Positions 10,708 through 22,541 are shown, numbered from the stretch's first letter. The stretch: 64,000 nt of DNA from Alphaproteobacteria bacterium (GCA_964291395.2 OZ219858.1:640001-704000), one strand, 5' to 3'. Translations and numbers: made by a program. The notes: generated by a model from the sequence alone, not told the origin.

Positions 10708-11979
10708 CTAAGATCGGTAGTCGGCGTTTATGGAAACGTACGCCCGGGTCAGATCGCAGGTCCAGACCGTGAATCGGCCGCGCCCCACACCGACGTCCAC
10801 CCGAATGTCGATTTCACTGCCTTTCATGTACTGCGTCACCGACGACTCCTGGTAATCCGCCCTGACCATGCCCCTCTCGGTCACGGGCCAGTCCCCGATA
10901 CCGATCACGAGGCGATCACGATCAACCTTTTCCCCCGCCTTGCCGACGGCCATGACAATCCGCCCCCAATTGGGATCGTTCCCCGCAATCGCCGTCTTGA
11001 CGAGAGGTGAATTGGCAATACACAGCCCGATCCGACGTGCAGCCCGGGGTGATTCCGCACCCGATACCGTGACCGTCACGAACTTCGACGCTCCTTCCCC
11101 GTCGCGAACGATCTGTTGTGCGAGGTCGGTCATGACCGCCCGCAACTTCGTCCTGAAATCCGCGAGGCGCGGATCGGCTGCCGTGGATACGCGCCGATGC
11201 CGGGGTGCCTGGCCGGTCGCGAAGGTCAGGACCGTGTCAGACGTAGACGTGTCGCCATCCACCGATATCGCATTGAAAGAGGTGCGATTGGCTGTCACGG
11301 TCAGGTGCTGGAGTACGTCGGTCGGCAACCGGGCGTCGGTGAACACGAAGGCGAGCATCGTCGCCATATCCGGCGCGATCATTCCGGACCCCTTGGCTAT
11401 TCCTGCGATTCCGTATGGCTTGCCGTCGATTTCCGCAACCGCTGTCGCGGCTTTGGGAAACGTGTCGGTGGTACGGATGGCTTCGGCGGCAGAACGCCAT
11501 GCCTTGCCTGACAGGCCACGCCGAAGCCTTGCCAGCGCGCGCGTGATCCGGTCGTGCGGCAACGGCTCACCGATGACCCCGGTGGACGCGAGAAAGACCT
11601 CCGCCGGACGGCAGCTCAATTCGGTCGCGACCGCTTTGGCCACCGTCTCGACCGCCGACATCCCGGCGAACCCCGTGAACGCATTAGCATTGCCTGCGTT
11701 AACGAGAACGGCCCGAGCGCGGCCGGATTTCAGCTTCTCCCGACACCACTCCACGGGCGCCGCGGCGGTCCGAGACCGCGTGAACACACCACCGACAGTC
11801 GTACCCGGCGCCAGTTCGGCCAGCATGACGTCTTTTCGGCCTCTGTAACGGACACCGGCGGCGACCGCGGACAGTCTCACGCCCGCGATCTCAGGAATGT
11901 TTGGAAAGCGCGCGGGAGCCAGTGGTGCTTGGGCGGGCGTTCCGGCACGGGAATGCTTGCCGCCCGATTTGCGTGCCAT
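10708..11979 (-). CDS. argJ: Bifunctional ornithine acetyltransferase/N-acetylglutamate synthase
   Basis: NAGNANAFTG, KGSGMIAPDMATML, DGDTSTSD, DGEGASK, SINADYRS. Confidence 0.97.
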   Translation of the reverse strand: MARKSGGKHSRAGTPAQAPLAPARFPNIPEIAGVRLSAVAAGVRYRGRKDVMLAELAPGTTVGGVFTRSRTAAAPVEWCREKLKSGRARAVLVNAGNANAFTGFAGMSAVETVAKAVATELSCRPAEVFLASTGVIGEPLPHDRITRALARLRRGLSGKAWRSAAEAIRTTDTFPKAATAVAEIDGKPYGIAGIAKGSGMIAPDMATMLAFVFTDARLPTDVLQHLTVTANRTSFNAISVDGDTSTSDTVLTFATGQAPRHRRVSTAADPRLADFRTKLRAVMTDLAQQIVRDGEGASKFVTVTVSGAESPRAARRIGLCIANSPLVKTAIAGNDPNWGRIVMAVGKAGEKVDRDRLVIGIGDWPVTERGMVRADYQESSVTQYMKGSEIDIRVDVGVGRGRFTVWTCDLTRAYVSINADYRS

Positions 11980-12179
11980 GAACTACGTTCCTTGGTCCTG
12001 ATCCGAGATTGGCCGACGCTGGGCGGCCGCCCTTATGGCACGCGAAGGCGGGGGGCAGCAAGGAACCCCGTGAATGGGGAACCGACCGTCAACCGCCGTT
12101 GACAGGATGCCGGCCGGACCTTATGTCTCAAAGCAACTTGCCCCAAGGACGTTCCCCTCTCCGGGATCGGGGACACCCA

Positions 12180-14903
12180 ATGTTCTCTGCGCTGGCCAAG
12201 AAATTCTTCGGCACCGCCAACGAGCGCACTCTGGGCGATTTACAGCCCAAGGTGGATGCCGTCAACGCCCTTGAGGCTAATCTCGAAGACCTTGCGGATT
12301 ACGAGCTGCGCGCGCGCACCGACATGTTGCGTGAGCGTCTCAAGAACGGCGAGACCCTCGACGATATCCTGGTCGACGCCTTCGCCACCGTCCGCGAGGC
12401 TGCCAAACGGAAACTCGGACAACGTCATTACGATGTCCAGTTACTGGGCGGAATGGTATTGCACCAGGGCAAGATCGCCGAAATGGCGACCGGCGAGGGC
12501 AAGACACTGGTGGCTACACTGCCGGTCTACCTTAATGCGATCGGCGGCAAGGGCGTTCACGTCGTCACCGTCAATGACTATCTCGCGCGACGCGACGCCG
12601 AGTGGATGGGAGGCATCTATCGGGCCCTCGGACTCAAGGTGGGCGTCATCGTGCACGGCATCGACGACACCGGGCGGCGCGAAGCGTATGCTGCGGACGT
12701 AACCTATGGCACTAACAACGAATTCGGATTCGATTATCTGCGCGACAACATGAAGTTCGTCCTGGACGATATGGTCCAGCGCGAGCATGACTTCGCGATC
12801 GTCGACGAGGTCGACAGCATCCTCATCGACGAAGCGCGCACGCCGCTGATCATCTCCGGACCCGCCGAGGATTCATCAGAGTTGTATCTCGCCGTGGACA
12901 AGGTGATCCCCGCCCTTGAAAAAGGAGATTTTGAGGTCGACGAGAAGGCCCGGTCGGCTACCCTCACTGATGCTGGTGTCGAACGGGTTGAGGAGATCCT
13001 GTGTAAGTCGGGCCAGCTTGAGCACGGCTCCCTCTACGACATCGCAAACATCTCGACCGTCCATCACGTCAATCAGGCGCTGCGCGCGCACAAGCTGTTT
13101 GCCCGAGATACGGACTATATCGTCAAGGACGACAAGGTCGTCATCATCGACGAGTTCACGGGTCGGATGATGGAAGGGCGCAGGTATTCCGAGGGCTTGC
13201 ATCAGGCGTTGGAAGCCAAGGAGCGTGTCTCCGTCCAGCAGGAAAACCAGACCCTCGCCTCAATCACGTTCCAGAACTACTTTCGGCTTTACGACAAACT
13301 CGCGGGCATGACGGGGACGGCTCTGACGGAGGCCGAGGAGTTTGCCGATATATACAAGCTTGACGTCATTACCATTCCTACGAACCTACCCTGTGTTCGC
13401 GACGACCAGGACGACGAGGTCTACCGCACGGCAAACGAGAAATACGATGCGATTCTGGCGCAGATCGAGGAATGCCAGAGGTCAGGCCAGCCCGTTCTCG
13501 TGGGGACGGTCTCCATCGAGAAATCGGAGCACCTGTCGAAGCTCCTCAAAGAGCATAAAGTCGAGCACAACGTCCTGAACGCCCGGTACCACGAGCAGGA
13601 AGCTCACATCATCGCCCAGGCCGGTCGTCTAAGTGGCGTCACGATCGCCACGAACATGGCAGGACGAGGTACGGACATTCAGCTCGGCGGCAACCTGGAA
13701 ATGCGGATCGCTCAGGAAGCCAGTGACATCGACGACGTGGTCAAGCAGGAAAAGAAGATCGCGGAGGTCACGCACGAAGTAGAGAACGACAAGAAAGCCG
13801 TCATCCACGCGAGTGGCCTGTTCATCATTGGCACGGAGCGCCATGAAAGCCGCCGCATCGACAACCAGTTGCGAGGCCGGTCGGGGCGGCAGGGAGATCC
13901 CGGCACCTCCAAGTTCTTCCTCAGTCTCGAAGACGATTTGATGCGGATCTTCGGATCGGAGCGCATGGATACCATGCTGCGCAAACTGGGACTCAAGGAA
14001 GGCGAAGCGATCGTTCACTCGTGGATCAACAAGGCACTGGAAAAGGCTCAACAGAAGGTCGAGGCGCGTAACTTCGATATTCGAAAGAACCTGTTGCGGT
14101 TCGACGATGTGATGAACGACCAGCGCAAGGTCATCTACGAACAGCGCATCGAGCTGATGAAGGCGGAAGACGTGGCGGAAGATGTCGCCAATATGCGCCG
14201 CGAAGTCGTTGAAACGCTTTGCGTCCGCCACGTGCCCGAGAAGGCCTACGCGGAACAGTGGGAGGCAGAGACGCTGTGCTCCGAAGTCCGGAACGTGTTC
14301 GACCTCGATTTGCCAATCGCCGCATGGGCGGCGGAAGAGGGCGTTGGTCCAGTTGAGATCAGAGAACGGCTCGAGCAGAAGGTCGATCGCAAGATGGCCG
14401 AGAAGGCGGCCAACTATGGCCGCGATCTGTGGCGCATGATCGAGAAGAACCTCCTTCTGCAATTGCTCGATCAGCACTGGAAGGAACACCTTCTGGCGCT
14501 CGATCATCTACGTCAAGGCATCGGCCTTAGGGCTTATGGCCAGCGCGATCCCCTAAACGAATACAAGAGCGAGGCGTTCGCCCTGTTCGAATCGATGCTG
14601 ATCGAATTGCGCGAACACGTGACGACGCTTCTCGCACATGTCGAGCTTCACATGGAAAATCGGGAGGGCACACCTCTACCACCCGCGGCCCGGGATCGTT
14701 CGGGTTTCCTCGAGAGTCACATCGATCCCTTCACCGGGGAAGATGAGATGGCTGCGGCGCCTAGCGGTACCGGCACGATGTTGAAAGAACGGCCTAAGCT
14801 CGATCCAACCGATCCCAGCACCTGGGGCAAGGTGCCACGCAACGCACCTTGCCCCTGCGGTTCAGGACGCAAGTACAAGCACTGTCATGGCAAGGCGAGT
14901 TGA
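12180..14903 (+). CDS. secA: Preprotein translocase subunit SecA
   Basis: [55 protein letters not shown]-terminal [14 protein letters not shown]. Confidence 0.98.
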   Translation: MFSALAKKFFGTANERTLGDLQPKVDAVNALEANLEDLADYELRARTDMLRERLKNGETLDDILVDAFATVREAAKRKLGQRHYDVQLLGGMVLHQGKIAEMATGEGKTLVATLPVYLNAIGGKGVHVVTVNDYLARRDAEWMGGIYRALGLKVGVIVHGIDDTGRREAYAADVTYGTNNEFGFDYLRDNMKFVLDDMVQREHDFAIVDEVDSILIDEARTPLIISGPAEDSSELYLAVDKVIPALEKGDFEVDEKARSATLTDAGVERVEEILCKSGQLEHGSLYDIANISTVHHVNQALRAHKLFARDTDYIVKDDKVVIIDEFTGRMMEGRRYSEGLHQALEAKERVSVQQENQTLASITFQNYFRLYDKLAGMTGTALTEAEEFADIYKLDVITIPTNLPCVRDDQDDEVYRTANEKYDAILAQIEECQRSGQPVLVGTVSIEKSEHLSKLLKEHKVEHNVLNARYHEQEAHIIAQAGRLSGVTIATNMAGRGTDIQLGGNLEMRIAQEASDIDDVVKQEKKIAEVTHEVENDKKAVIHASGLFIIGTERHESRRIDNQLRGRSGRQGDPGTSKFFLSLEDDLMRIFGSERMDTMLRKLGLKEGEAIVHSWINKALEKAQQKVEARNFDIRKNLLRFDDVMNDQRKVIYEQRIELMKAEDVAEDVANMRREVVETLCVRHVPEKAYAEQWEAETLCSEVRNVFDLDLPIAAWAAEEGVGPVEIRERLEQKVDRKMAEKAANYGRDLWRMIEKNLLLQLLDQHWKEHLLALDHLRQGIGLRAYGQRDPLNEYKSEAFALFESMLIELREHVTTLLAHVELHMENREGTPLPPAARDRSGFLESHIDPFTGEDEMAAAPSGTGTMLKERPKLDPTDPSTWGKVPRNAPCPCGSGRKYKHCHGKAS

Positions 14904-14947
14904 GTCACTTTCGGGGTCGTGGCTTCGATGGCGGTTCAAGCCCAACT

Positions 14948-15913
14948 TCAACCGCCGTAGGTCAAGCCGTTGCGTCCCATTTCTAGGAATTTCTCCCGCC
15001 GGCTCGATTTTAGCTGTCCCCCGTCGAGATTGCCGAGAGACATAAATGCCGTTTCGATGGCGTCTCCGGCGGCGTCGATGGCGCCGAGCGGGCTACGGTG
15101 CGCGCCCCCGATCGGTTCATCGATCACCGTATCGATGATCCCGAAGCTCATGAGGTCCTTCGCTGTGAGCTTTAGAGCCTCGGCGGCTTCCCGTGCGTGT
15201 TCCGCGCTGCGCCACAGAATGGACGCACAGCCCTCGGGAGAAATCACCGAGTAGATAGCGTGCTCCAGCATCATGACGCGGTTACCGGTGGCGAGGGCGA
15301 TCGCGCCGCCCGACCCTCCTTCACCGATCACGACGGACAGAAGGGGAACGCTCAAGGACAGGCAGGCTTCGATGGAGCGCGCGATCGCCTCGGATTGGCC
15401 GCGCTCCTCCGCGCCGATACCAGGATAGGCGCCGGGCGTATCAACGAACGTGATGATGGCGATGCCGAAACGGTCGGCAAGCTTCATCAGACGAGCTGCT
15501 TTTCTGTAGCCCTCGGGCTGAGCCATTCCAAAATTGTGCTGGACCCGTCCTTCCGTTCCACTGCCTTTTTCGTGTCCGATTACCATGACGGGCCGACCAC
15601 GGAAGCGGCCCAATCCGCCCCGGATCGCCGGGTCATCACCGTACGCGCGATCGCCCGCCAACGGGGTAAAACCGTCGATCAAACGCGAGACGTAATCACC
15701 GAAATGTGGCCGATTGGGATGACGTGCGACCTGGGTCTTCTGCCACGGCGTCAGGTTAGCGTACGTGTCCATCAGCAGAGCGCTGGCCTTGGCTTCCAGC
15801 TTGGCGACTTCCTCGCCGATATCTGCATCGCCCGTATCAGCGAGGTGGCGCAACTCCCTGATCTTGCTCTCGAGTTCAGCGATAGGCTTTTCGAAGTCGA
15901 GAAACGCTTCCAT
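14948..15913 (-). CDS. accA: Acetyl-CoA carboxylase carboxyltransferase alpha subunit
   Basis: [53 protein letters not shown]. Confidence 0.97.
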   Translation of the reverse strand: MEAFLDFEKPIAELESKIRELRHLADTGDADIGEEVAKLEAKASALLMDTYANLTPWQKTQVARHPNRPHFGDYVSRLIDGFTPLAGDRAYGDDPAIRGGLGRFRGRPVMVIGHEKGSGTEGRVQHNFGMAQPEGYRKAARLMKLADRFGIAIITFVDTPGAYPGIGAEERGQSEAIARSIEACLSLSVPLLSVVIGEGGSGGAIALATGNRVMMLEHAIYSVISPEGCASILWRSAEHAREAAEALKLTAKDLMSFGIIDTVIDEPIGGAHRSPLGAIDAAGDAIETAFMSLGNLDGGQLKSSRREKFLEMGRNGLTYGG

Positions 15914-15927
15914 CCTGCCGCCGCGTC

Positions 15928-16101
15928 CTACACCTTCACCTTGCAGGCCGAAAATCTCCGTCGGGCGGTATTTTCGCCCCTCGCCCGGTCTCGTGATCCG
16001 ATCTGCCGGGCCTTCTTTACCATGACTTGAGCTTGGCGAATCACGGAAAGCTCCGAGCGATTCAATCGCGGCGTCGTCTCGTCGACGATGGTGAAGCTCA
16101 T
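15928..16101 (-). pseudogene. N-terminal remnant of malyl-CoA lyase (HpcH/HpaI/CitE family)
   Basis: GAGG RBS then [20 protein letters not shown], resembling the recalled Mcl N-terminus (MSFTLIQQATPRLHRSELAV); similarity ends after about 20 aa. Confidence 0.65.
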
Positions 16102-16236
16102 ATCGGCCTCTCGGAAGGGTCGCCCCGCGCGGATCCGGGTCCTTGGCGCCGGGGGCCGCACAACATGTCAATGGGTCGGAAGGCTGTCAACGGAAACGGA
16201 CTCTGGCGCCGACGGATGAACGCGCCACCTGTAGGC

Positions 16237-17145
16237 CTAGATACTTAACGGATGATGTTGCGTCACCATCTCCTTCAAACGCTCCTCAAGCACGTGGGTA
16301 TAGATTTGGGTTGTCGAAATGTCCGCATGGCCCAGAATTTGCTGTACGGTCCTGAGGTCGGCACCGTGCGCCAAAAGGTGGCTCGCAAATGCGTGCCTGA
16401 GGACGTGCGGCGATACCCTTGTTGGATCGATCCCCGAGTCGTGGGCAAGGTCCTTAACCATTTGAGCGAAACGCCGTTCCGAAAGATGACCACGAGCACC
16501 CCGCGATGGGAACAGCCACGGCGAGTCCTCATCTACCTTGAGAAAGTGCTGCCGCAAGGCGACGTAGCCGACGATCGCCTCTTTGGCGGACTCGCTCAGA
16601 GGAACGATCCGCTCCTTGTTGCCCTTACCTCGCACCATCAGTACACGAGAGTCCGATCTCGCAGCAGACAGCGGCAGGCTGACGAGTTCCGACACGCGGA
16701 GGCCCGTGGCGTAGAGGGTTTCCACAAGCGCCAGCAATCGCGCTCCATTGGGGCCCGTCGTTACACGTGCCTTGTTCAGCAGCAACTCAACCTCGTTCTC
16801 CGAAAGCACTTTCGGTAACGGACGACTTCGCCGAGGCCCTTCGACGGCGATGCAGGGATCGTCCTCCCGCAGTCCCTCCGCATATAGAAAGCCGAAGAAC
16901 TGCCTCAGGGCGGAAAGCCGGCGGGCCGCGGTCGATGCCGTCAGACCCCTGTCCGACATGAAGGCGAGGTAGTCCCGAACGAGGCCAGTGTCGGCGGAGA
17001 CAATCGGCGCGGCGCGCCCGTGTGCAAACTCAGCGAAATCCTCCAGGTCCCGCTGATAGTTACCGAGAGTCGCCGGCGCGGCACCCCGCTCCGCAGACAT
17101 CATTTCGAGGAACAACTCGATATGCCTATCAGTCAAGTTTTTCAC
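16237..17145 (-). CDS. xerD: Tyrosine recombinase XerD
   Basis: LYATGLRVSEL, VRGKGNKERIVP, SPHVLRHAFASHLL, LGHADISTTQIYTHV; aroK/xerD/accA synteny. Confidence 0.93.
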   Translation of the reverse strand: MKNLTDRHIELFLEMMSAERGAAPATLGNYQRDLEDFAEFAHGRAAPIVSADTGLVRDYLAFMSDRGLTASTAARRLSALRQFFGFLYAEGLREDDPCIAVEGPRRSRPLPKVLSENEVELLLNKARVTTGPNGARLLALVETLYATGLRVSELVSLPLSAARSDSRVLMVRGKGNKERIVPLSESAKEAIVGYVALRQHFLKVDEDSPWLFPSRGARGHLSERRFAQMVKDLAHDSGIDPTRVSPHVLRHAFASHLLAHGADLRTVQQILGHADISTTQIYTHVLEERLKEMVTQHHPLSI

Positions 17146-17182
17146 CGACAGCCAACATGATCCGTGCCGCCCTCTCCCACCA

Positions 17183-19033
17183 CTAAAGGCCCTTCGCGAG
17201 CGCCGATTCAAGTGCCAACTTCCTGGCATCCATTTCAAGACCGACGCCTGTCAGCGCGGACACGACTGCGTGCAAGGTCGTGGGATTGGCGCCGGCGGGA
17301 CCGACCTCACCAAGCGCGAGCAATGAAAGCAGAACCGTCTCGCCCACGCGATCGTTCGAGGACGCGATCTCCAACGCCCGCCAAAGTTGCACCGAAGGCA
17401 GATAGGCGGTGACGGTCAGAGACGATTGCAGCAGTTCTCGCCACAATGTCTCGGGAATATCGTAACCGACCGCATCCATCAAGGTCAGAACCACTGCGGC
17501 CCGCTCGAAGGCATTATCCCTCGACCGCGCCTGCTCTCCGACCCACCAACTGGTGAGGGCATCGGCGTTCCACCCCAGAGAGCCATCGATATCCATGAGC
17601 TGGATGAGGGGCCAAAGATCCAAGATCGCAATGGCGGCATCCGGAGTTTCGTGAGAAGCGTTTTGATACAGCATGTCGAACCAGCGACGCGCGGACGCCA
17701 CATCCCCGGCAGCCAGCAAAGCTCGACCGATCTCCGACGCCGCCCACGCCAAGTCGGGTGACGGTTCGATGGAATTACAGATATCTCGCATGACGCGCGC
17801 CGTCGTATTGAACCCGCCCGCGACACGCGCCCGCGATAGCGCGACGATGACGGCACGGGCCTTCGTTTGCGGGTCAGCCTCGATGGATGCGACCTGGTAC
17901 AGCAGTGCATTGACTCGTGGTCCGGCCTCCTCAACGGCAAGCGTTTGCCACCCCAACCGATCTTCGGGCGTGACTTCGACGCTGGCGTACATCGCCGCCA
18001 GCGCATCGGGCGAAAGGGCACCAGCGGCTTCGGCACGCTCTGCCGCCAGGAGCCGCGTTGTCAACGGTGCATTTGGCGATGTCGCGATGGAGCGCAGTAT
18101 GGCCGGTCGCGCACCCGGAACCGCATCGTCGGGGACATTGAGGCGGGCAGCCCGCAGCATCGCCAAATGCAGCGGCGACGGATCGATCAAACTGCTGGGC
18201 GCTGACTTCAATTCTCCCACGAGCGATGCCACCAGCTCAAAGAAGGCGTCATCTCCGTCTCCGCCCTCCTCCTGCAGCAAGGAAACACCTAGCTGAGCCG
18301 CGGCGCTTTCGCCGTTCAGTGCCTTGCAGAATGTAAGACCCTTAAGCCAATAGGGATCATCGTTATCCCGAAGCAAAGCCTCGATACTGGTGCACGCGCC
18401 GGCGTGATTTCCCGACAGCAACATGCTGTCGACTTCGGCGCGTGCGAGCGCCGTATCCTGGATTCGCGAAGAAGCCAAGCGCAGGAGGTCTCGAACGAGA
18501 TCGGTTTGGCCGCTAGCGCTGAGGCGCTCTACTCGGAGTCCCAGCAAGCTCGGGGCTATGGGAGTGCCTGCCGGAACCCGCGCTTCGGAAAGCAGCAGGC
18601 GACGTGTCAGATCCTGCATCACCGGCGACAAGGTTTGGACCGGAAGACGCGGCATCAGCGTCTCGACGAAGGCGCGATCGCTCCCTGCCCACATGTCAGA
18701 ACTGAACCCACCGTCCTCTTCCGTCAAAAGGCCGACAGAGGACGGATCGATGCTGGCGACTCTGCCGACCACGACATTTTCGCCCTGTTCGATGGATCGG
18801 GTCCTGGATGCAGGACCGGCCCGCGCCGCCGGCTCGTCGACCTGACCCGTCGTGGGCGGCGCACTTGGAACCGTGGAGTCCAGCTGCTGGACCTCGGGGA
18901 CGGGTATCAACTTTATAGGCGGTCCCACCTGCGCGTGAGCCGGCAAACCGAGCAGCCCGATCAGCACCACGCCAAACGACAACCGGCACCGTGACGGGCC
19001 AAGCGACATTCGATCAGCGGGGAAAACGCTCAT
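17183..19033 (-). CDS. Conserved exported alpha-helical hypothetical protein
   Basis: Signal peptide (..GLPAHA-Q), VGLL..GGFSSDMW..LTRRLLLS motif; typical neighbour of xerD. Confidence 0.75.
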   Translation of the reverse strand: MSVFPADRMSLGPSRCRLSFGVVLIGLLGLPAHAQVGPPIKLIPVPEVQQLDSTVPSAPPTTGQVDEPAARAGPASRTRSIEQGENVVVGRVASIDPSSVGLLTEEDGGFSSDMWAGSDRAFVETLMPRLPVQTLSPVMQDLTRRLLLSEARVPAGTPIAPSLLGLRVERLSASGQTDLVRDLLRLASSRIQDTALARAEVDSMLLSGNHAGACTSIEALLRDNDDPYWLKGLTFCKALNGESAAAQLGVSLLQEEGGDGDDAFFELVASLVGELKSAPSSLIDPSPLHLAMLRAARLNVPDDAVPGARPAILRSIATSPNAPLTTRLLAAERAEAAGALSPDALAAMYASVEVTPEDRLGWQTLAVEEAGPRVNALLYQVASIEADPQTKARAVIVALSRARVAGGFNTTARVMRDICNSIEPSPDLAWAASEIGRALLAAGDVASARRWFDMLYQNASHETPDAAIAILDLWPLIQLMDIDGSLGWNADALTSWWVGEQARSRDNAFERAAVVLTLMDAVGYDIPETLWRELLQSSLTVTAYLPSVQLWRALEIASSNDRVGETVLLSLLALGEVGPAGANPTTLHAVVSALTGVGLEMDARKLALESALAKGL

Positions 19034-19154
19034 CGGACAAGATCTTTTCCACGCGTTCCGACGGAGGAGGAATATCCCACATGGCGAGGAACAACGCTCC
19101 GCCAGCCACGGCCAGAAACATGATGATGGCTACGATATACGGCGCCTTGAACAT
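19014..19154 (-). CDS. Small single-TM membrane protein
   Basis: MFKAPYIVAIIMFLAVAGGALFLAMWDIPPPSERVEKILSDERFPR; overlaps the start of the downstream gene. Confidence 0.7.
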   Translation of the reverse strand: MFKAPYIVAIIMFLAVAGGALFLAMWDIPPPSERVEKILSDERFPR

Positions 19155-19338
19155 CAAGCAGTAAAATCTCGAGGAGGCGCACCATGGGTCAGGACAGCCT
19201 CCGACCACGTATGCTAAGGTATAATTGTGGCGAAGTTGGGTCAGTGTATCGGCTCACAAATCGGGATTCAACGTCCCGAAATTGCTGCCGAAAATGGGTT
19301 GTCCGCTCGAACCACAATGCCCCTTGGCAACTGATCCG

Positions 19339-19920
19339 ATGTCGATGTCCAGCAAAGCGGCGGCCTCGGCCGTTCTGGATCGCATGATCGTCCTCGTCGG
19401 GCTGATGGGTGCGGGGAAAACCACCATAGGCCGCCGTCTGGCAGCTCGGCTGGAAGTTCCATTCGTTGACGCGGACGACGAGGTTGAACGGGCAGCCGGA
19501 TGCTCCATCACGGACATGTTCGAGGTCCACGGAGAGGCTGCATTCCGCGAGGGCGAAAAGCGGGTCATCGCGCGCTTGTTGGATGGACCGGCGGGTGTTC
19601 TGGCAACGGGTGGTGGCGCCTTCATGAACGAAGAGACACGCGAACGGATCAGAGAGAAAGCTATTTCGATCTGGCTGCGGGCAGATCTGGACGTCCTGGT
19701 GCGACGATGCGCGCGGCGCGACGACCGGCCGCTTCTCAAAGACGGCGACATGCGCGAGACTCTGGAAAATCTGATGGATCAGAGATATCCGTTGTACGGC
19801 GAGGCCAACATCATCGTGGATACCGGTGACAAGCCCCACCGAACGGTCGTCGACAAGATCCTGGATGAACTCTCGGCGGGCGGGTACTTATCGGCAAACC
19901 AATCGGATACTAACGACTGA
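19339..19920 (+). CDS. aroK: Shikimate kinase
   Basis: [12 protein letters not shown]-loop, [18 protein letters not shown]. Confidence 0.95.
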   Translation: MSMSSKAAASAVLDRMIVLVGLMGAGKTTIGRRLAARLEVPFVDADDEVERAAGCSITDMFEVHGEAAFREGEKRVIARLLDGPAGVLATGGGAFMNEETRERIREKAISIWLRADLDVLVRRCARRDDRPLLKDGDMRETLENLMDQRYPLYGEANIIVDTGDKPHRTVVDKILDELSAGGYLSANQSDTND

Positions 19921-19931
19921 CTGACGTATCG

Positions 19932-21062
19932 ATGCAAACCAGTCCGGATGTCGTCGAGGTTGCTCTCGGGGACCGCAGCTATCGCATTCACATCGGCGCA
20001 AACGTTCTGGAGATGGCGGGACAACTGCTGGCGCCCGTGCTCCGTCAAAAGCGCGTGGCGGTGGTGACCGACGAGAATGTGGCGGCCCGACATCTCCCGG
20101 CCTTCGTGGCTTCACTCGACTCGTCGTCGATCTCGTACGAATCGATAACGCTTCCCGCGGGAGAGCATGTCAAAAGCTTCGAGCATCTCGAAACGCTGCT
20201 CGACCACCTTCTTGAACTTGAGATCGAGCGGGACGACGCGATCGTCGCGCTTGGCGGTGGCGTCATCGGTGATCTCGCCGGATTTGCGGCGAGCATCTTA
20301 CGACGCGGTATCGACGTCATCCAGGTACCCACCACCCTCCTCTCCCAAGTCGACAGTTCCGTCGGCGGGAAGACCGCGATCAACACCCGCTGGGGTAAGA
20401 ATCTCATCGGCACGTTTCATCAGCCGAAGCTGGTTCTCGCGGATACCGCCGTGCTGGAGACCCTTCCGGAGCGTGATACGAGGGCAGGATACGCCGAAGT
20501 CGTCAAATACGGCCTGATCGAACAACCCGATTTCTTTGCTTGGCTGGAGGCAAACGGCGCGCGCGTCATCTCGGGAGACGCCGAGGCGACACGTCACGCA
20601 GTGGTGACGAGCTGCCGGACCAAGGCACGAATCGTTTCGGCGGACGAACGGGATACCGACTCCCGCGCCCTTTTGAATCTGGGACATACGTTCGCCCATG
20701 CCCTGGAAGCCGAAGTCGCCTACGAAGGCCGTTTATTGCATGGCGAGGCAGTTGCAATCGGAATGGTGAAGGCATTCGAATTGTCGTGTCGGCTAGGGTT
20801 CTGCACCGTCCAGGAGCTCGCCCGGGTGCGTCGCCACATTGCGGATGCCGGCCTTCCCACGACCGTCGCGTCGATCCCCGGGTTTGACGACGTCCGCCCC
20901 GAGACACTGCTTGAGCACATGCGACAAGATAAGAAGGTGCGTGGCGGCGGACGGCTGACGTTCGTCCTCAGCGAAGGTATCGGACAGGCATTCGTCACAT
21001 CCGAGGTCGAGGAGGAAGCGGTGATCGCAGTGCTCGGAGAGGGTCTGCCGGCGTCAGCGTGA
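19932..21062 (+). CDS. aroB: 3-dehydroquinate synthase
   Basis: ALGGGVIGDL, PTTLLSQVDSSVGGKT, LLNLGHTFAHA, LLHGEAV, DKK. Confidence 0.97.
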   Translation: MQTSPDVVEVALGDRSYRIHIGANVLEMAGQLLAPVLRQKRVAVVTDENVAARHLPAFVASLDSSSISYESITLPAGEHVKSFEHLETLLDHLLELEIERDDAIVALGGGVIGDLAGFAASILRRGIDVIQVPTTLLSQVDSSVGGKTAINTRWGKNLIGTFHQPKLVLADTAVLETLPERDTRAGYAEVVKYGLIEQPDFFAWLEANGARVISGDAEATRHAVVTSCRTKARIVSADERDTDSRALLNLGHTFAHALEAEVAYEGRLLHGEAVAIGMVKAFELSCRLGFCTVQELARVRRHIADAGLPTTVASIPGFDDVRPETLLEHMRQDKKVRGGGRLTFVLSEGIGQAFVTSEVEEEAVIAVLGEGLPASA

Positions 21063-21167
21063 CACCCCGATGACAAACGAAATCTGGAACCCATCCACGA
21101 TACATCGCGGCACGGCCTCTCTCTCTCCAGTTGATCTCTTCGCCGCTCCGCATACGGACCAGCAAAC

Positions 21168-22451
21168 TTGGAATTAGCGCTCCTCTTTTCCCTGATTGCG
21201 ATCGCAGGTTTGCTGGTGCTGTCGGCCCTGTTCTCGGGCTCGGAGACCGCCCTTACAGCATCGAACCGGGCCCGAATTCATCATCTGCTCCGCAAGGGAA
21301 ACAAGCGGGCACGCACCGTGACAAGGCTGATGGAAACGCGGGAACATCTGATCGGCGCGATCCTGCTGGGCAATAATCTGGTGAACATTCTTGCCTCTGC
21401 TCTCGCGACGAGCATTTTGATCGGTTTTTTCGGAGACCTCGGCGTTGCGATCGCGACCGTGGTGATGACGACCCTCGTGCTGATCTTCTCGGAAATCCTC
21501 CCCAAAACCTATGCGCTATCCAATGCGGATCGGGTTGCACTGGGCGTGGCACCGACCATCCGGGTCTTTGTCGCGTTGTTTTCGCCCATCACGCGCGCCT
21601 TGAACTTCGTCGTCAGCGCGACGCTGTGTTTGCTTGGCGCCGGCAGAGGGTCTTCCAGGATCGCGACGGCGAGCGAGGAGATTCGCAGCACGATCGATTT
21701 GCACGCCCAGGAGGGAGAAGTCGTAAAGCACGAGAGGGACATGCTCGGCAGCATCCTAGATCTGACCGACGTCGAGGTCGACGAGGTCATGGTCCATCGT
21801 GGGAACATGTTCGCCGTCAATGTGGACGACGCCACGTCGAGCCTCGTCGAGCAGATCCTGTCGAGTCCCTACACACGCGTTCCCGTTTGGCGGGATGATC
21901 CGGACAACATCGTCGGTATCGTTCACGTCAAGGACTTGCTGAAGGCATTGCACAACCATCAAGGACCGCTGGACGATCTCGACGTGATGGCGGTGATCAA
22001 CGAACCCTGGTTCGTTCCCGAAACCACGTCGCTTCGCCAACAGCTCAACGCATTTCGTCGACGTCGCGCCCATGTCGCTCTCGTGGTGGACGAGTACGGT
22101 ACCCTGATGGGCCTTGTGACCCTGGAAGACATTCTGGAAGAGATCGTCGGCGATATCGCGGACGAGCACGACGTACCGGCACCGACGGTGCGGGCACTTG
22201 GCGACGGCTCCTACATCGTCGAGGGTGGAACAACGATCCGCGACCTCAATCGTCTGTTCGACTGGAACTTGCCCGACGAAGAGGCGGCGACGGTGGCTGG
22301 ACTCGTGATCTACAACGCCCAAGTCATCCCGGAAGTCGGCCAGATATTCGCTTTTTACGACTTCAGGTTTGAAGTCCTACGGCGCCACAGGAACCGGATC
22401 GTATCTTTGCGCGTGACACCGCCCACGAAGCAGCGGGCCGAAGCTTCGTGA
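21168..22451 (+). CDS. HlyC/CorC (CNNM) transporter: DUF21, CBS pair, CorC
   Basis: SALFSGSETA, ILLGNNLVNI, EILPK, VVDEYG, TLEDILEEIVG. Confidence 0.92.
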   Translation: MELALLFSLIAIAGLLVLSALFSGSETALTASNRARIHHLLRKGNKRARTVTRLMETREHLIGAILLGNNLVNILASALATSILIGFFGDLGVAIATVVMTTLVLIFSEILPKTYALSNADRVALGVAPTIRVFVALFSPITRALNFVVSATLCLLGAGRGSSRIATASEEIRSTIDLHAQEGEVVKHERDMLGSILDLTDVEVDEVMVHRGNMFAVNVDDATSSLVEQILSSPYTRVPVWRDDPDNIVGIVHVKDLLKALHNHQGPLDDLDVMAVINEPWFVPETTSLRQQLNAFRRRRAHVALVVDEYGTLMGLVTLEDILEEIVGDIADEHDVPAPTVRALGDGSYIVEGGTTIRDLNRLFDWNLPDEEAATVAGLVIYNAQVIPEVGQIFAFYDFRFEVLRRHRNRIVSLRVTPPTKQRAEAS

Positions 22452-22541
22452 TCCCATCTTCCTCCGTGTGCCGGGCAGCCGATTCGCTGTCTCCGCCCCC
22501 GTCGCGCTTTCGGACGCAGCCGGAATGAACGACGGCCCCGC

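Noticed and set aside
16237-17145. Mobile-element integrase
   Set aside because: Sequence and the aroK/accA context identify the housekeeping XerD.
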